DNA from: Rhina ancylostomus
Lineage: Eukaryota
Length of the DNA stretch: 64,000 bases
NCBI GenBank assembly: GCA_030265395.1
Contig: JARFYF010000052.1
Span: forward strand, 115,350,241-115,414,240
Direction of reading: 5' to 3'
Positions 25,251-38,580 of this stretch are shown in pieces. The notes below the pieces were generated by a model. The model saw only the letters and a list, made by a program, of their open reading frames with translations. It had not been told where the DNA came from and ran no database searches. Made by a program: the position numbers and the translations under genes. Position 1 is the first letter of the stretch, and the number at the start of each line of letters is the position of its first letter.

Positions 25251-25785
25251 AAACATAAACCATGACACTGCAATTAGCCCCAGGTTTACATCAAGAGGGA
25301 TCACTTCCCCATTGGAAACAAGTTGATCAGTAAATTTAAGTGGACAAAACAGTCAAATGCTAATCCATCTCAGCAGCAATATTGCCCAAGCCAAAGGTTA
25401 CCAGTGAACACTGTAATAAGACATCAGTTACAAAATCTAAAACTTTTCTAAATTTAACCCTGTCAGGTAAAAATGTATTCTGAATTTATCTGCAATAAAC
25501 AACAATGTGTTGACTTTTTTTGGAGCATTACAAACAGTGGTTGCACTTCGGATCATACTGCACATTGGGATGTCCAGAGTTAAGGAAAATGATCTCATAA
25601 AAGCATAATTTTCTTTCTTTTGAGTTAAAATTCCTTGTTCTTGTTTGGTTGAAGAGTTCATTACTTAATGAGCAGTAACATTTATAAAAAGTAACTATTT
25701 TAAAAACTTAAAAATTTAATCCAATCTTTGTTAATATAGCTCAAGCTTTCTTATGTAATATGATTCAACTCTCCCATTTAAGCTA

Positions 25786-25872
25786 TTTTTAATAATACAT
25801 ATTTTAAATAATGCATATTTAAATAATGCATTTAATAATACATATTTTAAATAATTTTTAATAATACATATT
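25786..25872. repeat. AT-rich minisatellite, ~15-16 bp unit AATAATACATATTTT
   Basis: About five degenerate copies of aataat(a/g)catatttt. Confidence 0.85.
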
Positions 25873-26231
25873 CCAGAGGCTTGGAATTTCCTTTCATAAA
25901 AGTGACAGGAAAAGGATATTTGGTTCTTTCTTTGCAACAGTATGACTCTTATCTCTTCTTAAATAAAATAAAATGTATGATTTATAAAAGGTCTCTGTGT
26001 TACAACATTCACTTTGATTGTAATCAAGGACACAGTTCACCCACCCCATTTTCCAGCCTTTCTTCAAGTAGTCATTTATTCTTTTCCCACTGTACTCCTG
26101 CATTGTCCAGTTCAGTAGGGCTATTGTTACTTGGTTCTAATCATAAAATGATCCCTTGGCAGAATGCACTGAAGATGGGAAGTCAGCTTCCACATGTGCA
26201 CTGAAGGGAACCAGCACCACACCTGCCTTAA

Positions 26232-26878
26232 CTTGGAGACACAAAGAATTTTGCAGATGCTGGAATCTGGGGCAATACACAAAAAGTGCTGGAGGAACTC
26301 AACAGGTCAGGCAGCATCCATGGAGGGAAATAAACAGCTCACAATGTTTCGGACCGAGACCCTTCATCAGGACTGGAAAGGAAGAGGGCAGAATAAGAAA
26401 GTAGGGGGAGGGGGAGGAGTATATTCAGGCAGGGTATTGGTGAGCTCAGGTGATAGGCAAGTCCAGGTGAGGGGGGAAGTAGGTGGGTGGGGGAGAAGAT
26501 ATAATAAGCTGAGGTGATAGGTAGAAGAGGCAAAGGGCTGAAGAAGGAGGAATCCGGTAGGAGAAGACAGTGGATCATGGAATAAAGGATGAGGGAGGGG
26601 AGGGGAGAGGAGANNNNNNNNNNNNNNNNNNNNNNNNNNNNNNNNNNNNNNNNNNNNNNNNNNNNNNNNNNNNNNNNNNNNNNNNNNNNNNNNNNNNNNN
26701 NNNNNNNNNNNNNNNNNNNNNNNNNNNNNNNNNNNNNNNNNNNNNNNNNNNNNNNNNNNNNNNNNNNNNNNNNNNNNNNNNNNNNNNNNNGGGTTGCCAC
26801 TGGGAGGTCCTGACTGGAGACACAAAATATTCTGCAGATGCTGGAATCTGGAGCACAAAAAGGGAGACACAGAACTTA
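26232..26878 (-). mobile_element. Penelope-like element terminal-repeat insertion with 11-bp TSD
   Basis: Flanked by ACCTGCCTTAA at 26221-26231 and 26879-26889. GGAGACACA termini are repeated three times, and the minus strand has CTGATGAAGGGTCTCGGTCCGAAAC. Confidence 0.75.
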
Positions 26879-27084
26879 ACCTGCCTTAAAGTGCTCCACT
26901 GTCTATATGATGACAGATTGCTTGCCTGTCACACTGTCCTCCTCTTAAACATGGTGTAGACTGAAACCTTTACCTTTAGCACTGCCTTCAATTCTCCTCC
27001 TCAGCCTTCACTTCCAGCTGATTCACACTGTTTCCTCCTTTGGGATCTTATTCAACTCCAAAAGATCAGTCCATGAATTGCAAA

Positions 27085-27460
27085 CCAAAATATAGCTGCA
27101 GATATGGAAAATAAAAAAAACCAAAAAATGCTGGAAACACTCAGCAGGTCAGGCAGCATAGGTGGAAAGAGAAACAGAGTTAACATTTCAGGTCAAAGGG
27201 TCAAAGGCACTTTTGTCAGAACAGGGAAAGGGAAAAAAATGTAATTTTACATTGCAGAGAATGTGAAGGGAAAGGTGGATAGAACAAAAGAAAAGTCCTG
27301 CTGCCTGCCAGTTTCATTCCCCATCCCACTCTCATTCTGATCTATCTATCTGTAGCATTCTGCATTGTTACAACAAGGCCCAACACAAGACTACAGGACA
27401 ACACCTCATCTTCCATCTCGGCACATTGCTGCCTACATGATTCAATACAGAGCTTTGATT
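27085..27460. mobile_element. PLE relic: inverted terminal repeat plus GIY-YIG C-terminal fragment
   Basis: 27300-27455 plus reads ACQFHSPSHSHSDLSICSILHCYNKAQHK..QHLIFHLGTL, like the PLE endonuclease C-terminus (HFN..HS..D..LEEQHLIFRLGTLQP). 27085-27290 is the terminal repeat in opposite orientation. Confidence 0.75.
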
Positions 27461-27619
27461 TAATCCATTGGTTTTGAGGTCACTTTGTTCTATCTATTGC
27501 CATTCATGTTGTCCTGAGTTGCAGCTTTACTAAGCTGACACCTTTTCATTTTTAGTCTTGTCTTGTGCTGCTCCTAGCATGCCCTTATGCATTCGTCATT
27601 GAGCCAGTGTTCATCACTA

Positions 27620-28560
27620 GCTTGACAGTGATAGCATGATGTCACGTGCAGAAGCCACAGTGCTGGTCAGTGTAATCTCATGGTTAGGGGGTGAACTGAC
27701 AGTGGGTGCAATGTCATTAGAAGATCTCTCAAAGATATTGAATATGAAGTCATGTATAAAAGTCACATTTCTGGTCAGTGTGATATCATGGTTGGAAGTC
27801 AAACTTTTTAGAGTTGTGGAGTCATACAGCATGGAGACAGGCCCTTCAGCCAAACNNNNNNNNNNNNNNNNNNNNNNNNNNNNNNNNNNNNNNNNNNNNN
27901 NNNNNNNNNNNNNNNNNNNNNNNNNNNNNNNNNNNNNNNNNNNNNNNNNNNNNNNNNNNNNNNNNNNNNNNNNNNNNNNNNNNNNNNNNNNNNNNNNNNN
28001 NNNNNNNNNNNNNNNNNNNNNNNNNNNNNNNNNNNNNNNNNNNNNNNNNNNNNNNNNNNNNNNNCTATGCCCTCTAGTTCTTGATTCCCCAACCCTGGGA
28101 AAAAGACTGTGTGCATTCACCCTATCTATGCCCCTCATAATCATATACACCTCTGTAAGATCACCCACCATTCTCTAATGCTCCAATGAATAAAGTCCTA
28201 GCCTGCTCAACCTTCCCCATAACTCTGTCCCTTGAGTCCCGGCAACATCCTCGTAAATCTCCTCTGCAATCTTTCCAGCTTTGGTTATGAGTCAAACTGA
28301 TAATGAGTGTGATGCCATGGAAGGGGATCACACAGATAGTGACAGTGATGTCATGGGAGGCGGTCACAGTACTGATGTGTATGGTGACATAGGTGGTCAG
28401 TGATGTCAATGGGTGTGGTCACATATACTCATTGGCATCACTGGTATATGTGACCACACCCATTGACATCATTATGAATGTGATATCACAGTTGGAAGTC
28501 ACACAGATCATGACTGCCATATTGTGGGAAGTGGTAGCAGATGTGACATCATGGGTAGAG
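27620..28560. repeat. Degenerate ~36-bp minisatellite interrupted by a CR1 insertion
   Basis: Recurrent units resembling GTCACA....GGTCAGTGTGATATCATGGTTGGAA on both sides of the CR1. Confidence 0.7.
27808..28280 (-). mobile_element. CR1 LINE 3' end (spans gap)
   Basis: Minus frames LERLQRRFTRMLPGL, GDLTEVYMIMRGIDRVNAHSLFPRVGESRTRGH, with the tail at 27808-27855. Confidence 0.92.
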
Positions 28561-30889
28561 GTGTAAGAGACGTTGGTATTCCTGGTAGTAACAAAAATCC
28601 TGCTGTAAAGTCTTGGGTCATATTGCCTGCCAAAGGTAAGAGACTCAGAGTTTATTGCATCACACTCAGCATCCATGTCACTTCTATCCATGATATCACA
28701 TTCAGCAACAAAGAAAACGGAAAATTTCTTTGCTAACAAAGAAAATGGAAAGTCTTGGGTCGCATTTTCTGTCGGGGGTCAAGAGTCTCAGAAGTTGCCA
28801 CAATACAGACAGTTAAGATTATTTCAACCACACAACAGAGTTCTTTTCATCATCTTTTACTGAAATTTATAGCCCAGAGCTGTTGTTGTCCCTGATGGGG
28901 GAAGCAAAAATGAATACTACGGCCAGACCATTCACAAGGGTCGTCAAAAGGCAAATAATGTAGAAAAAAAAGTGGAAAACAAGAACTGGGGTGCATAACT
29001 GAACAACAAATAGGTTTTTAGAAATGAATTGCTCATTTTTGATCTTCCTGTGAAGGGAGGAATTTTATTCTGTAATTATGTCTTGTTCTTAACTGTTATA
29101 ATGGCCTCAGTGACATGGCAAATGAACTGGGCACTGATATGTCAGCTGTCTCCACAATACTTGGTTAGCATTTGGCTTCAATAGCTTTTAAGGGGAAAGT
29201 CAAACCTGACTCTCACAGTTGTGTTTCACCTTGCTGTAATCTTGTGGTGTTGCTTCCATATTAAAGAGTGCAGACCTGCACAAGCTGGAGACTTCATAAC
29301 AACTGAAGACTTTTTGTTCAGCACTTTTTCATGCCACCTGGCAGCTAAATGCAGTCCAGAAACTCCCATACTTTCACAGAGACAAGCTGTACTTGGAATT
29401 TATTTCATCATTTAAACAATCAAAACAAGATGCAATGACTTTGAACCAAAGGTCCATTTTAAAATCTTCAGCAGCTTTTCTTGACTGAAACAAAATAAGA
29501 AAGTTCTCCAATTATCCATTTTTTTTGGTGGAGATCTCATGTCCAGATGTTCTTTGTTTGTTTAAGATTAAATGGAATTTCTTATTATATGACATATATA
29601 ATGGTTATTTTTCTTCAGCCCTTTTCACAATACCACCCCAAAAAATCCCCATGTCAAACCATTTAAATAGCAGCATCAATCTTAAGTTCCCAAGGGGGGC
29701 AGTAAATGAATGGCAGCAGGCTTTTGCTTTTCCAAATATTAGTCTGTTATTGCACTGTAAGCTTCAGGACCTTAGTGAAGAAAGTTGTATTCATCCACAG
29801 TGCTCAAGCACATCACAGCACATAAACAAGTAAACTATGGGAACAGCTACAAGATCACAGGGGCCAGACTTGTTTATTTTTAGGTCACTTAACTGTAAGA
29901 AAAATGCTCACCATCATTAACAACAGGGTTTCAGATGTGCTTATGCATATTCCATGCTACTCTTTTGCAGTGAACTGGGACAGGGGCTGGAGTGGTTTAA
30001 ATAGCCATAATTACTTCAGCCGTTTTCATGAATAGATCAGTGCTGAAGAAGATAACATGGTTGGCATGTTTAAACTTATTACAACAATTAAGATCTGCAA
30101 TGTATGCAGCATGCTAAAAACTAAGTAAGATTGACTCTTGTTATCAATATTTGGTCTAAGAACAATAGGCATATTATTGGCTGCAAAGGCATGTTTAAAT
30201 CTTTAAAGAGTAGGATCTGAGGTGGAAACATGTGCACACTATTCCTGCCGAAACAGGACACAGCATCACCTCACCATCCAGACATTTCCAGAGGAATTGC
30301 TGTTTTAATCAAGCATTCATGCACCTGACATGTAACATCACAGCCATATCCACGTGCATCCTGCAATCATGTTGTGAAATTACTTCAAGCAGATATTTGA
30401 CTATGGATTTTCAATTGAACTAAATTATCCTTCCACCTGCATTTGAATGGTTATTTTCTTAGAGAGAAAAACAAGGCTTTGATGGGTGCTTATAAATCTG
30501 TTTCAACTCCAGAACATAAAATAGGAAAGTGTGGTTTGACAATGGCCGGGAAATGAATTGACCTCTCTCCTTAAATATTAATAGTCAGGGCAAAAAGCTC
30601 AATTCTTGTGTTTTTCATGCATAATGTAGGTATATATGCCTTAAAAGGCACAACTATATATTTATATGTGATTTAATTACATTATTTTTTCAGCATTGTA
30701 AATAAGTGCTGCAAAGGATTTTCCTGAAGGATGATGAGGTGAAATTTTGCACTTTGACGATGGCAATTTGGAGGGTTTATAGGACTGCACCTATAATTTG
30801 GAAAAAACTTTTACAGAATATTCTCGGTTTGAGTTTAAAATGTGATCAATAAATATATATCAATGTTAAAATAAAGCTAAAAGTTTGCA

Positions 30890-30922
30890 TCTCTCTCTCT
30901 TTCTCTCTCGCTCTCCCTCACT
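30890..30922. repeat. (CT)n microsatellite, imperfect
   Basis: ctctctctctttctctctcgctctccctc. Confidence 0.85.
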
Positions 30923-33900
30923 TTCTCAGTTTAACTTTATCAGCACCACTACATAAGTTATCCTATCTGTTGTCAAGCACTTTCTGTATCCTAATTTATG
31001 ACAATGCTTTAAAATGCATCACAAAGGTTTACAAAAATCAGTGTGTTATTATTCAGTTCAAAATACCCTATTCAGCCCATATTTGTATAAGAGTGCTTCA
31101 GGCTGGACTTGATTCTTGAAGTGGTGATTCAGAGGTGCCCCTTGAAAATACGGATACGTANNNNNNNNNNNNNNNNNNNNNNNNNNNNNNNNNNNNNNNN
31201 NNNNNNNNNNNNNNNNNNNNNNNNNNNNNNNNNNNNNNNNNNNNNNNNNNNNNNNNNNNNACGTACAAGGTGAAACTAAGGCATGAAAGGCACAATTACC
31301 TCAGCAATATGCTATTTCTATGACCAGGAAGAACAAACATCAAAGGTGTACTAAATTAAATTTAACATTCTGCTGGGCATGTCTACCTTCTCTCATCTTA
31401 CATGACAAGAATGTTATTCATAGGCAATTGAAATATTTTCAAATAAGTTCATATTGTGTCAAAGTCCGGCTGGAAACTGCAAATTATTTGTAAGATGTCT
31501 TACTTCCGCTGCCCATGCTATGACTATTAGGTCTATAAGGGCAGAAAACAGATGTAAAATTAAGTTGTATCTTTAAACAGGAACACTCAGCTCAAGCTGT
31601 TATCATATTAGAAATGACAGTCATGTGGTCTTCATGGTTTGTACAATGTAACAATTTCACAGTCTAGAACATTCCATTCACACCAACAATTTGAAGACTC
31701 AAGTAAAACTCCATTAATCCAGAGTGCTGAGGACTTTGGTGGCATTCAGATGGCAAGTTGGATAATCCTTCTAATAGCAACATGATGACCAAATCAAGTA
31801 CAGAAACTCCAAGCAGAATGTCATTGCGAATGCTCTGTGGCAGCCTCTGCAAAAGAACACTGATGTTGGAAATGAAAATGTGATTTACTAGTTAACTGCA
31901 GTTGACGGAGAATTTACAGTAACAGCAAATGAAGCCACAGACAGGTCCGAGCATTGAGAAGGACCTGTGAACAGATATTGAAAGGAATGTGAGAACTTGA
32001 TCAGAGTACAGGCAAGGAAGAATAGAGCACAACAGTCACAATGAGCTGTCCTGCAAACAAGGATGAATCAAGCGACATCATAGAGTGGTAATATCTGATA
32101 TTCTGAAAGAAAAGATCTTGGCTGAGTTTCATACTGAGCAAAGAATAGTCAATATGAAAGCAAAGGCAAAAGGTTTTGCCCTGCTTGTCAGCTGGAATCA
32201 TTGTTAAAATTGCAGTATTTGTAGTTAAATCAAAAATGTCACTTTGATGCTAATCAGAAAAAAATGTAGTTTCAAGCAAAGCTCCCATCTAGGGAATTTT
32301 TCTCAGATGAGATTCAAAGCCAATTGTGGGCAGTGGGACCACCATGGTCATTCTGACAGATGAAACCCATTGAATGCTCTCGGAGGCCAAGAAAGGGAAG
32401 TGAAAGATTTTTCTTCATGGACCCATGAGGAACAGAAGTGTTGTTAAAGGACAAGGAGCCATTTACCACACTGAGAGCTCCCCTCCCCTTGCACCTCACT
32501 GTGGTACCAATGCTCAATCTTTGCAGACTCTCTCATCCAGTTTTCTGTTTAGGGCAGCAAGAGTTTGCTGAATGCCATGGGGTGTTCCCACATAAATGCT
32601 TTCCCTCACCTTTCACCTCAATTTTAATTTTATAAGGAATTAACTGTATTTGTTATTTAATACAGCAGCTTTACTCCCTTGTAATTAGTTACTTTTTTTT
32701 CAGTATATCGCCACATAAATCCAGTAATTTCAGTTCTGTTTCAATAAAGCTCAACCAAAAGAATCCTTGTAATTGAACAAACATTTTGTGAAATGTCCTG
32801 GCCTTTTCACTTCCTTTCTCACTTGGCGGGTGTCAGTTGCCCAAAACTGAAAGGACTCATGCTTCACCAGTTAATAGGAGTGGGACTTTGGATGACAGAA
32901 GCTTGCTGCTGTGGCCCCTTGGAACAGTCAGTGTTTAGAGAAGGTGGAGTGCAGGAAGGATTGAGTTCGAGAAGGAATGGAAATCAAGGATGGAGGTAAG
33001 GTGAGAGGCCCCAACATTAATNNNNNNNNNNNNNNNNNNNNNNNNNNNNNNNNNNNNNNNNNNNNNNNNNNNNNNNNNNNNNNNNNNNNNNNNNNNNNNN
33101 NNNNNNNNNNNNNNNNNNNNNNNNNNNNNNNNNNNNNNNNNNNNNNNNNNNNNNNNNNNNNNNNNNNNNNNNNNNNNNCGTAGATCTTAAGTGTAAACAA
33201 ATTTAAATGACAAAGCCATTAGCATAGCTTTCATCAGAAACATGCTGTTACACATTGATGTTAGTCTGTTGAATTTCTCAGGCTGTCTTCTTGGCTTCTT
33301 GACTGTCTGGAAGGGATTTCAAGGGTAGAAGGCTCTGACGCATGATGGGCAACACAGGAGCCAGAAGAATGAATAGCATATAAAAGCAGCAAATGGCAGA
33401 AGCCATCGGCAGATCAGGCAGCTACAGAATTTTAGCTCTGAGACCCTTCATGTTGATTTTGTCAGCAGTGCTACCAATGTTGCTTTATTTACAGCTCAGA
33501 TTCAATCTCTGAGCTGAGTTCTGATGAAGTTGCACCAAATTGTCTTTTAGTTCTACACATAGATAGAAAGAAAAGTATATTTTTAAGTTCTTTAATGTGC
33601 AGATTGTATATGTGCAAGTAAGTACTCCATATTTACAAGATAATAACTTGTTCATTAATCTGTTTTTGTTTAAGACATAATTGAGCTGAGGACATGCTAC
33701 ATTGTTACATCTCACCGGAAGAGTGCTTGCATCCACTTGAACAGGTGGACAGTAACCACATGTGTAGTTTGCATAGTTTCAGACATAGAACTGTGACCAC
33801 AGAGCCAAACAGACACTTTTCTATAGCTTTCAATATCAAGCCTGTTTGTGTTCTGAATCTGAATGCTTATTATCCAAAGCTGAGGAGACCATGAAGGGCC

Positions 33901-35254
33901 TTGTGAATGTTGGATTGTGCTCAAGCTACAACATCAGATGTTGGAGATACAAAGTCACACTTTTCTCAGACTTACAGAATCGTCACAGCATGGAAGGAGG
34001 CCATTCAGCCTGCGAGTATTTGTGGGTCCCTGTAAGAGCAATCGAGCTAGCCACACTTTACTGCCCACTTCTCATTGCTCTACATATTCTTTCCTTTTAG
34101 ATACTTATCCAGCTCCATCTGAACACTACAAGCACATTAAAACACAATATAAACACAATCAAAACAAAAATTAGCTTCTGTGATGCAAATATTTTGGTTA
34201 TGTCAAAACCTATTAACTATCCAAAATAGCATCCCAGGTATGCAAACATACTTCTAATTGGAATTACACAGGACAACATATTTCTCATGGCTAGTGTGAG
34301 CACACAAAATATCTACAGACAGCACGCAGAACAAGGTTGTTCAGCATCTCGATCTATGGGCAATGTTGACTTGATGGCATCACTGCCATTTTGTTGCTCC
34401 ACCTTCTAGTCTGACCCCACTCTTCACCTCAATCAGCTGAATATGTCTTTAAATAGTGTGAAGAAAACCTTTAGTCAGCAGCCTCTCCCCAGACAGCACT
34501 ACTTCAAAAAAATTGTTAGTTATTCACAAGTTAGTTGCTAGTTCATTTCTTCCATGTTAACAGTGTCCTTTCCATAGTTAGACAAAAGTTTTAATAATGC
34601 GCATATTTATATGGCAGGTGCTGAAGTATTTACTTGCTAGTTTAAAGGCTTTTCCTCTGACCAGTTGCTTTCAAACATTGCAGATTATAATGTACTCCTC
34701 TTGTGATTGAGTGTGAAGAGGGGAACAGAAAGAAGAAATGCAGAGTTGGACAAACTGCTACAAAAAGGAATAGGAAGATCAGGAAGGCACTCAGCAGATG
34801 GCTGAATTCACAGAATGTACTTACGATGCATCAACCCACCTAAAATTGCAGCATAAAGATTGCATTGGCTTTGACTTTGTGATTGGGGGTGTGAACGTCT
34901 ATGTATCTAGGTCCTTCAAATTGACTGCCGGAGATATAAGCAGCATTTCTCAATTTGCTCTGTACTAATGCCCAATTGACTTTTACTGGAGTCTTCTGTG
35001 CAAAGGAACACCACTTCGAGAAAAGCAGGTATATTGAGCACAAAGGTTTTCTTGTGATTCTGCAAGATCATTAAATTTCTTCCTGCTCCTAATTCATGGT
35101 TGTGAGCCTGTAAGGCTGATATAATCTCTGTTGCTATCTTCTCTCTCTCCTCTATCTCTGTCCTCTCTCTCTCGCAAATGCCCGCAGACAACCTCTCATC
35201 CACAGACCCCTTCAACTAACCCTAAGTGTAATATTACTGTGGAGCATAGGAGAA

Positions 35255-35757
35255 TGATATAGCAGTGTATAAAATCATGAGTGGCATAGATAGGGTGAAT
35301 GCACTCAGACTTTTTCCCAGGGTTAGGGAATCAAGAATTATAGGGCATGGGTTTAAGGTGAGAGGGGANNNNNNNNNNNNNNNNNNNNNNNNNNNNNNNN
35401 NNNNNNNNNNNNNNNNNNNNNNNNNNNNNNNNNNNNNNNNNNNNNNNNNNNNNNNNNNNNNNNNNNNNCAAGAATTATAGGGCATGGGTTTAAGGTGAGA
35501 GGGGAAAGAGTTCAGGCATTTGAAGGGCAATTTTTTATACAAAGGGAGGTATGCATGTGGAATGAGCTGCCAGAGGAAGTGGTTGAGTCAGATACAATAA
35601 CAACTTTTAAAAGACAGTTGGACAGGCACATGGATAAGAAAGGTTTAGAAGATTATGGGCCAAACACTGGCAAATGGGACTAGCTTGGATGGGCAGCGTG
35701 GTTGGCGTGGACCAGTTGGGCCAAAATGTCTATTTCTATGCAGTATGACTCTATCAT
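35255..35757 (+). mobile_element. CR1 LINE 3' end (spans gap)
   Basis: VYKIMSGIDRVNALRLFPRVRESRIIGHGFKVRG and MWNELPEEVVESDTITTFKRQLDRHMDKKGLEDYGPNTGKWD, then the tail. Confidence 0.93.
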
Positions 35758-38324
35758 TCTAATATCCCAAAACATGAGTGCCTTCATTCTTACATGATCA
35801 GCCTTTCTTTACTCTTTCCCTGATCAGATTCATGTACAATGATTTTCCAATACCTCAAATAATGCTGTTTAAATTTTGAAGTGGAGTTAGACACTCCTAA
35901 TATTGGACTCCATGTTCAGCCAATGAACAGCACTAATAGTACACGAGACACAATGGGCATGCTACCTGCTTTGCACAGAAAGGATGTGGATTAACCACAC
36001 ATCATCATTCTTGTAACAGTTTTTATCCAGTTTAATAACCAACAGTTTTTCAGAATGAATTGGCCATAGATGAGAGGAAATAAAATTCCTCAGTGGTTCA
36101 TCTAACTCAAGACCATAGTTTGGAAAAGGTTACATCTCAGATATTCACTTCCTGAACTCATATGACATTTCCCAATTAGCTTTCTAAAGAACATAATCTC
36201 CACATGGCCTTTACAGGATACTAGACGATTTGGGAAGATGGTAGTGACTTTAAACTGTGTGAGTTCCTATTTCTTGGCTCATGTAGAACCTGGTATAAGA
36301 TACTGGTCTCTAAAAGGGCAAAATATACAGAGAGAGGGAGATCATGATTGCAGGGCAGCCAAACAGCCTGGAGCATTAAGATTAGATCTTGTTTTGCAAA
36401 TTTTCAAGCACACAGTATAAATGCTCAGTAAGGATCATGTACTTTTTTTTTAATAGTTTGCTCTATTATTTTTACACAGACATTATCGTGTAGATGAACA
36501 TGTTCATAAAACAGTGCTCAGAAAAATCCAATGAAAAAGATTAATGGTTTGGACATGAATGAGAACAATCTAAATTAAGTCCTCACATCAGCAAATATGA
36601 ATCTGAACAAATTCCAGATCCAATCAACATAGTCTGGAAACATGCAACACATATGGAAGTCAGCGAGAGCATATGTTTTGAGGAAACTTAAAGCATTAAG
36701 GATTTGGTATTGTTCATGTATCAAAAAAATGCACAAAGGATGCTTTAGCTTTTATTGAAGGTTCACAGTAGTTCTTTATATATGAACAAATCCATTAACA
36801 AAAATTAGCAAACCGGGTGGTCACAACATTCCATTGGATTCCCTAATGAATCTGCCTCAGTAGCAGTCAAGAACAATACACCACAATAATAGTTATTGTG
36901 CACTTGTTGGAAACTAGCATGCTAACTGACCCTAATAAATTCTGTCATATCTACAAATCCAACCTAGCAGTGTAGAGCCACAGTGAAAAATGACCCAAAC
37001 AGCAGGCAACATCTGGTTTCAGCGAGGAAAATCTGGAAGTGCACTGGAGAATGCAAACACATCTACCGAAAGAGGAGTACATAATCACATCTGGGAAAAG
37101 GCATCTGAAGCACACAAAGAAGACACCAAGTGCTGCATTACATCATTGTCAATCTTATTGCTGTCTCCTCCACACAGAGTTTGCAGGATGTCTGGGAAGA
37201 ATTAGACAATTTAAAGAAGAGCATGAAGATAAACTGTAAATCTTCTGGAGAACATATATACAGCTGTACTTATTAAATATACATCCAAATGATTGCACCA
37301 CATTATTATTTTTGCCATCTCTAATGGCAATGCTGAGGCCTCAGTTCAGCTCACGCTTTACATTTTGTCAAATGTTCTTGCATTGGCCACCTAAACAGAA
37401 CACCAGCGTGCCATATCCCATCAGCACTGCAGCCTGCTTGACAAGTTTCACAGGAACTGAGTACCTGCACAGGAATTGAATACCAGCTCCTAATTTTGTT
37501 CCAAACTGACCAATGCACCAATGCAGTTGCATGGTAATGCAAAAAAATTATGCCATAATCTGGAATTGATTTGGTCAGAGCTTTGGGAGTAAAACGCTTT
37601 GGTAAATTGACAGCTTGTGTTAATATCCAAAGGATTTCCTTTCTTCAGATTTGTTATCATACTGTATGCATGGTGCCAAAAATCAGTTTTAGTTCCTTTC
37701 TGTATTCCTGGAGGACAAGTATATCCACTAAGCTCGACTGTTTAACAACAGGTGAGGACTCAAGAGCAGTTGCCTGTACAAGAGTTTAACCCCGATATTT
37801 AGTAATTGACAACAAACCAGAAGTTATTTTACTGTAATGACCCACCTTTCTTTGAGTTGAGACATTACAGTCACTTAAAGTAATGACTGACATTACAACC
37901 ACTAATACCCTGTCTCTATATGTACTGTATAAAGAGGTTAACCCTAGATATTCACAGTTGTTCTGATGGTCAATCCACCAACAATACACTATTGCATGCT
38001 TCTGGTGATTGACAAAGTCACTCCTTTCTGACTGCAGTCTTAGTCCCAGAACACAATCCATCCATATTGAGAGTGCAGGTCATCTCTTCCACAGTTTTAA
38101 AGTGAAACTCTGCTTGCTGTTATGAGCTTCTTCTACATGGATTTCTCCTTTACAAGACTGCAGCTAAAATTCATGCTGCCCCTTCCCACCTCCCCTTCCT
38201 TCCCCATTCCTTTAGCCACAGGCTGTAAGCTCTCTCGATCATCTGGACTTGAGTGCATGAGAATTCAGCTCAAACTATGTCATCTTGTCTTTACCAGCCT
38301 TGAAAGTCTTGTGCCATATGCACA

Positions 38325-38580
38325 AGATCATGTATATGAAGGTGCAATGATAAACTTACTTGCAGCAGCATCACAGGCACACAACGTCAGATATGCAACA
38401 TTCACAGGAAAAAAAACATAAATTAAACATAAATTAATTGTAAAGAACACAACTAGAACAAAGAAAAAACAAAATTATTGCAGTGCCCAAGTGATGGTAG
38501 TGATCATACTGTTTCTATACTGAGGTAGTGATTAGTGTTGTGCAGGTTGATTCAAGAACAAAATGGTTGAAGGGAAGTTT
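38325..38580 (-). mobile_element. Rex1-type 3' UTR relic
   Basis: GATTCAAGAACAAAATGGTTGAAGGGAAG resembles 7030-7060. ACAATGATAAACTTACTTGCAGCAGCATCACAGGCAC-like UTR sequence. Confidence 0.55.

Noticed and set aside
27620-28560. CRISPR-like periodicity (~36 bp)
   Set aside because: Vertebrate context, degenerate contiguous units, no unique spacers and no cas genes.
35329-35505. Duplicated CR1 segment around a gap
   Set aside because: Same gap-edge overlap artefact.
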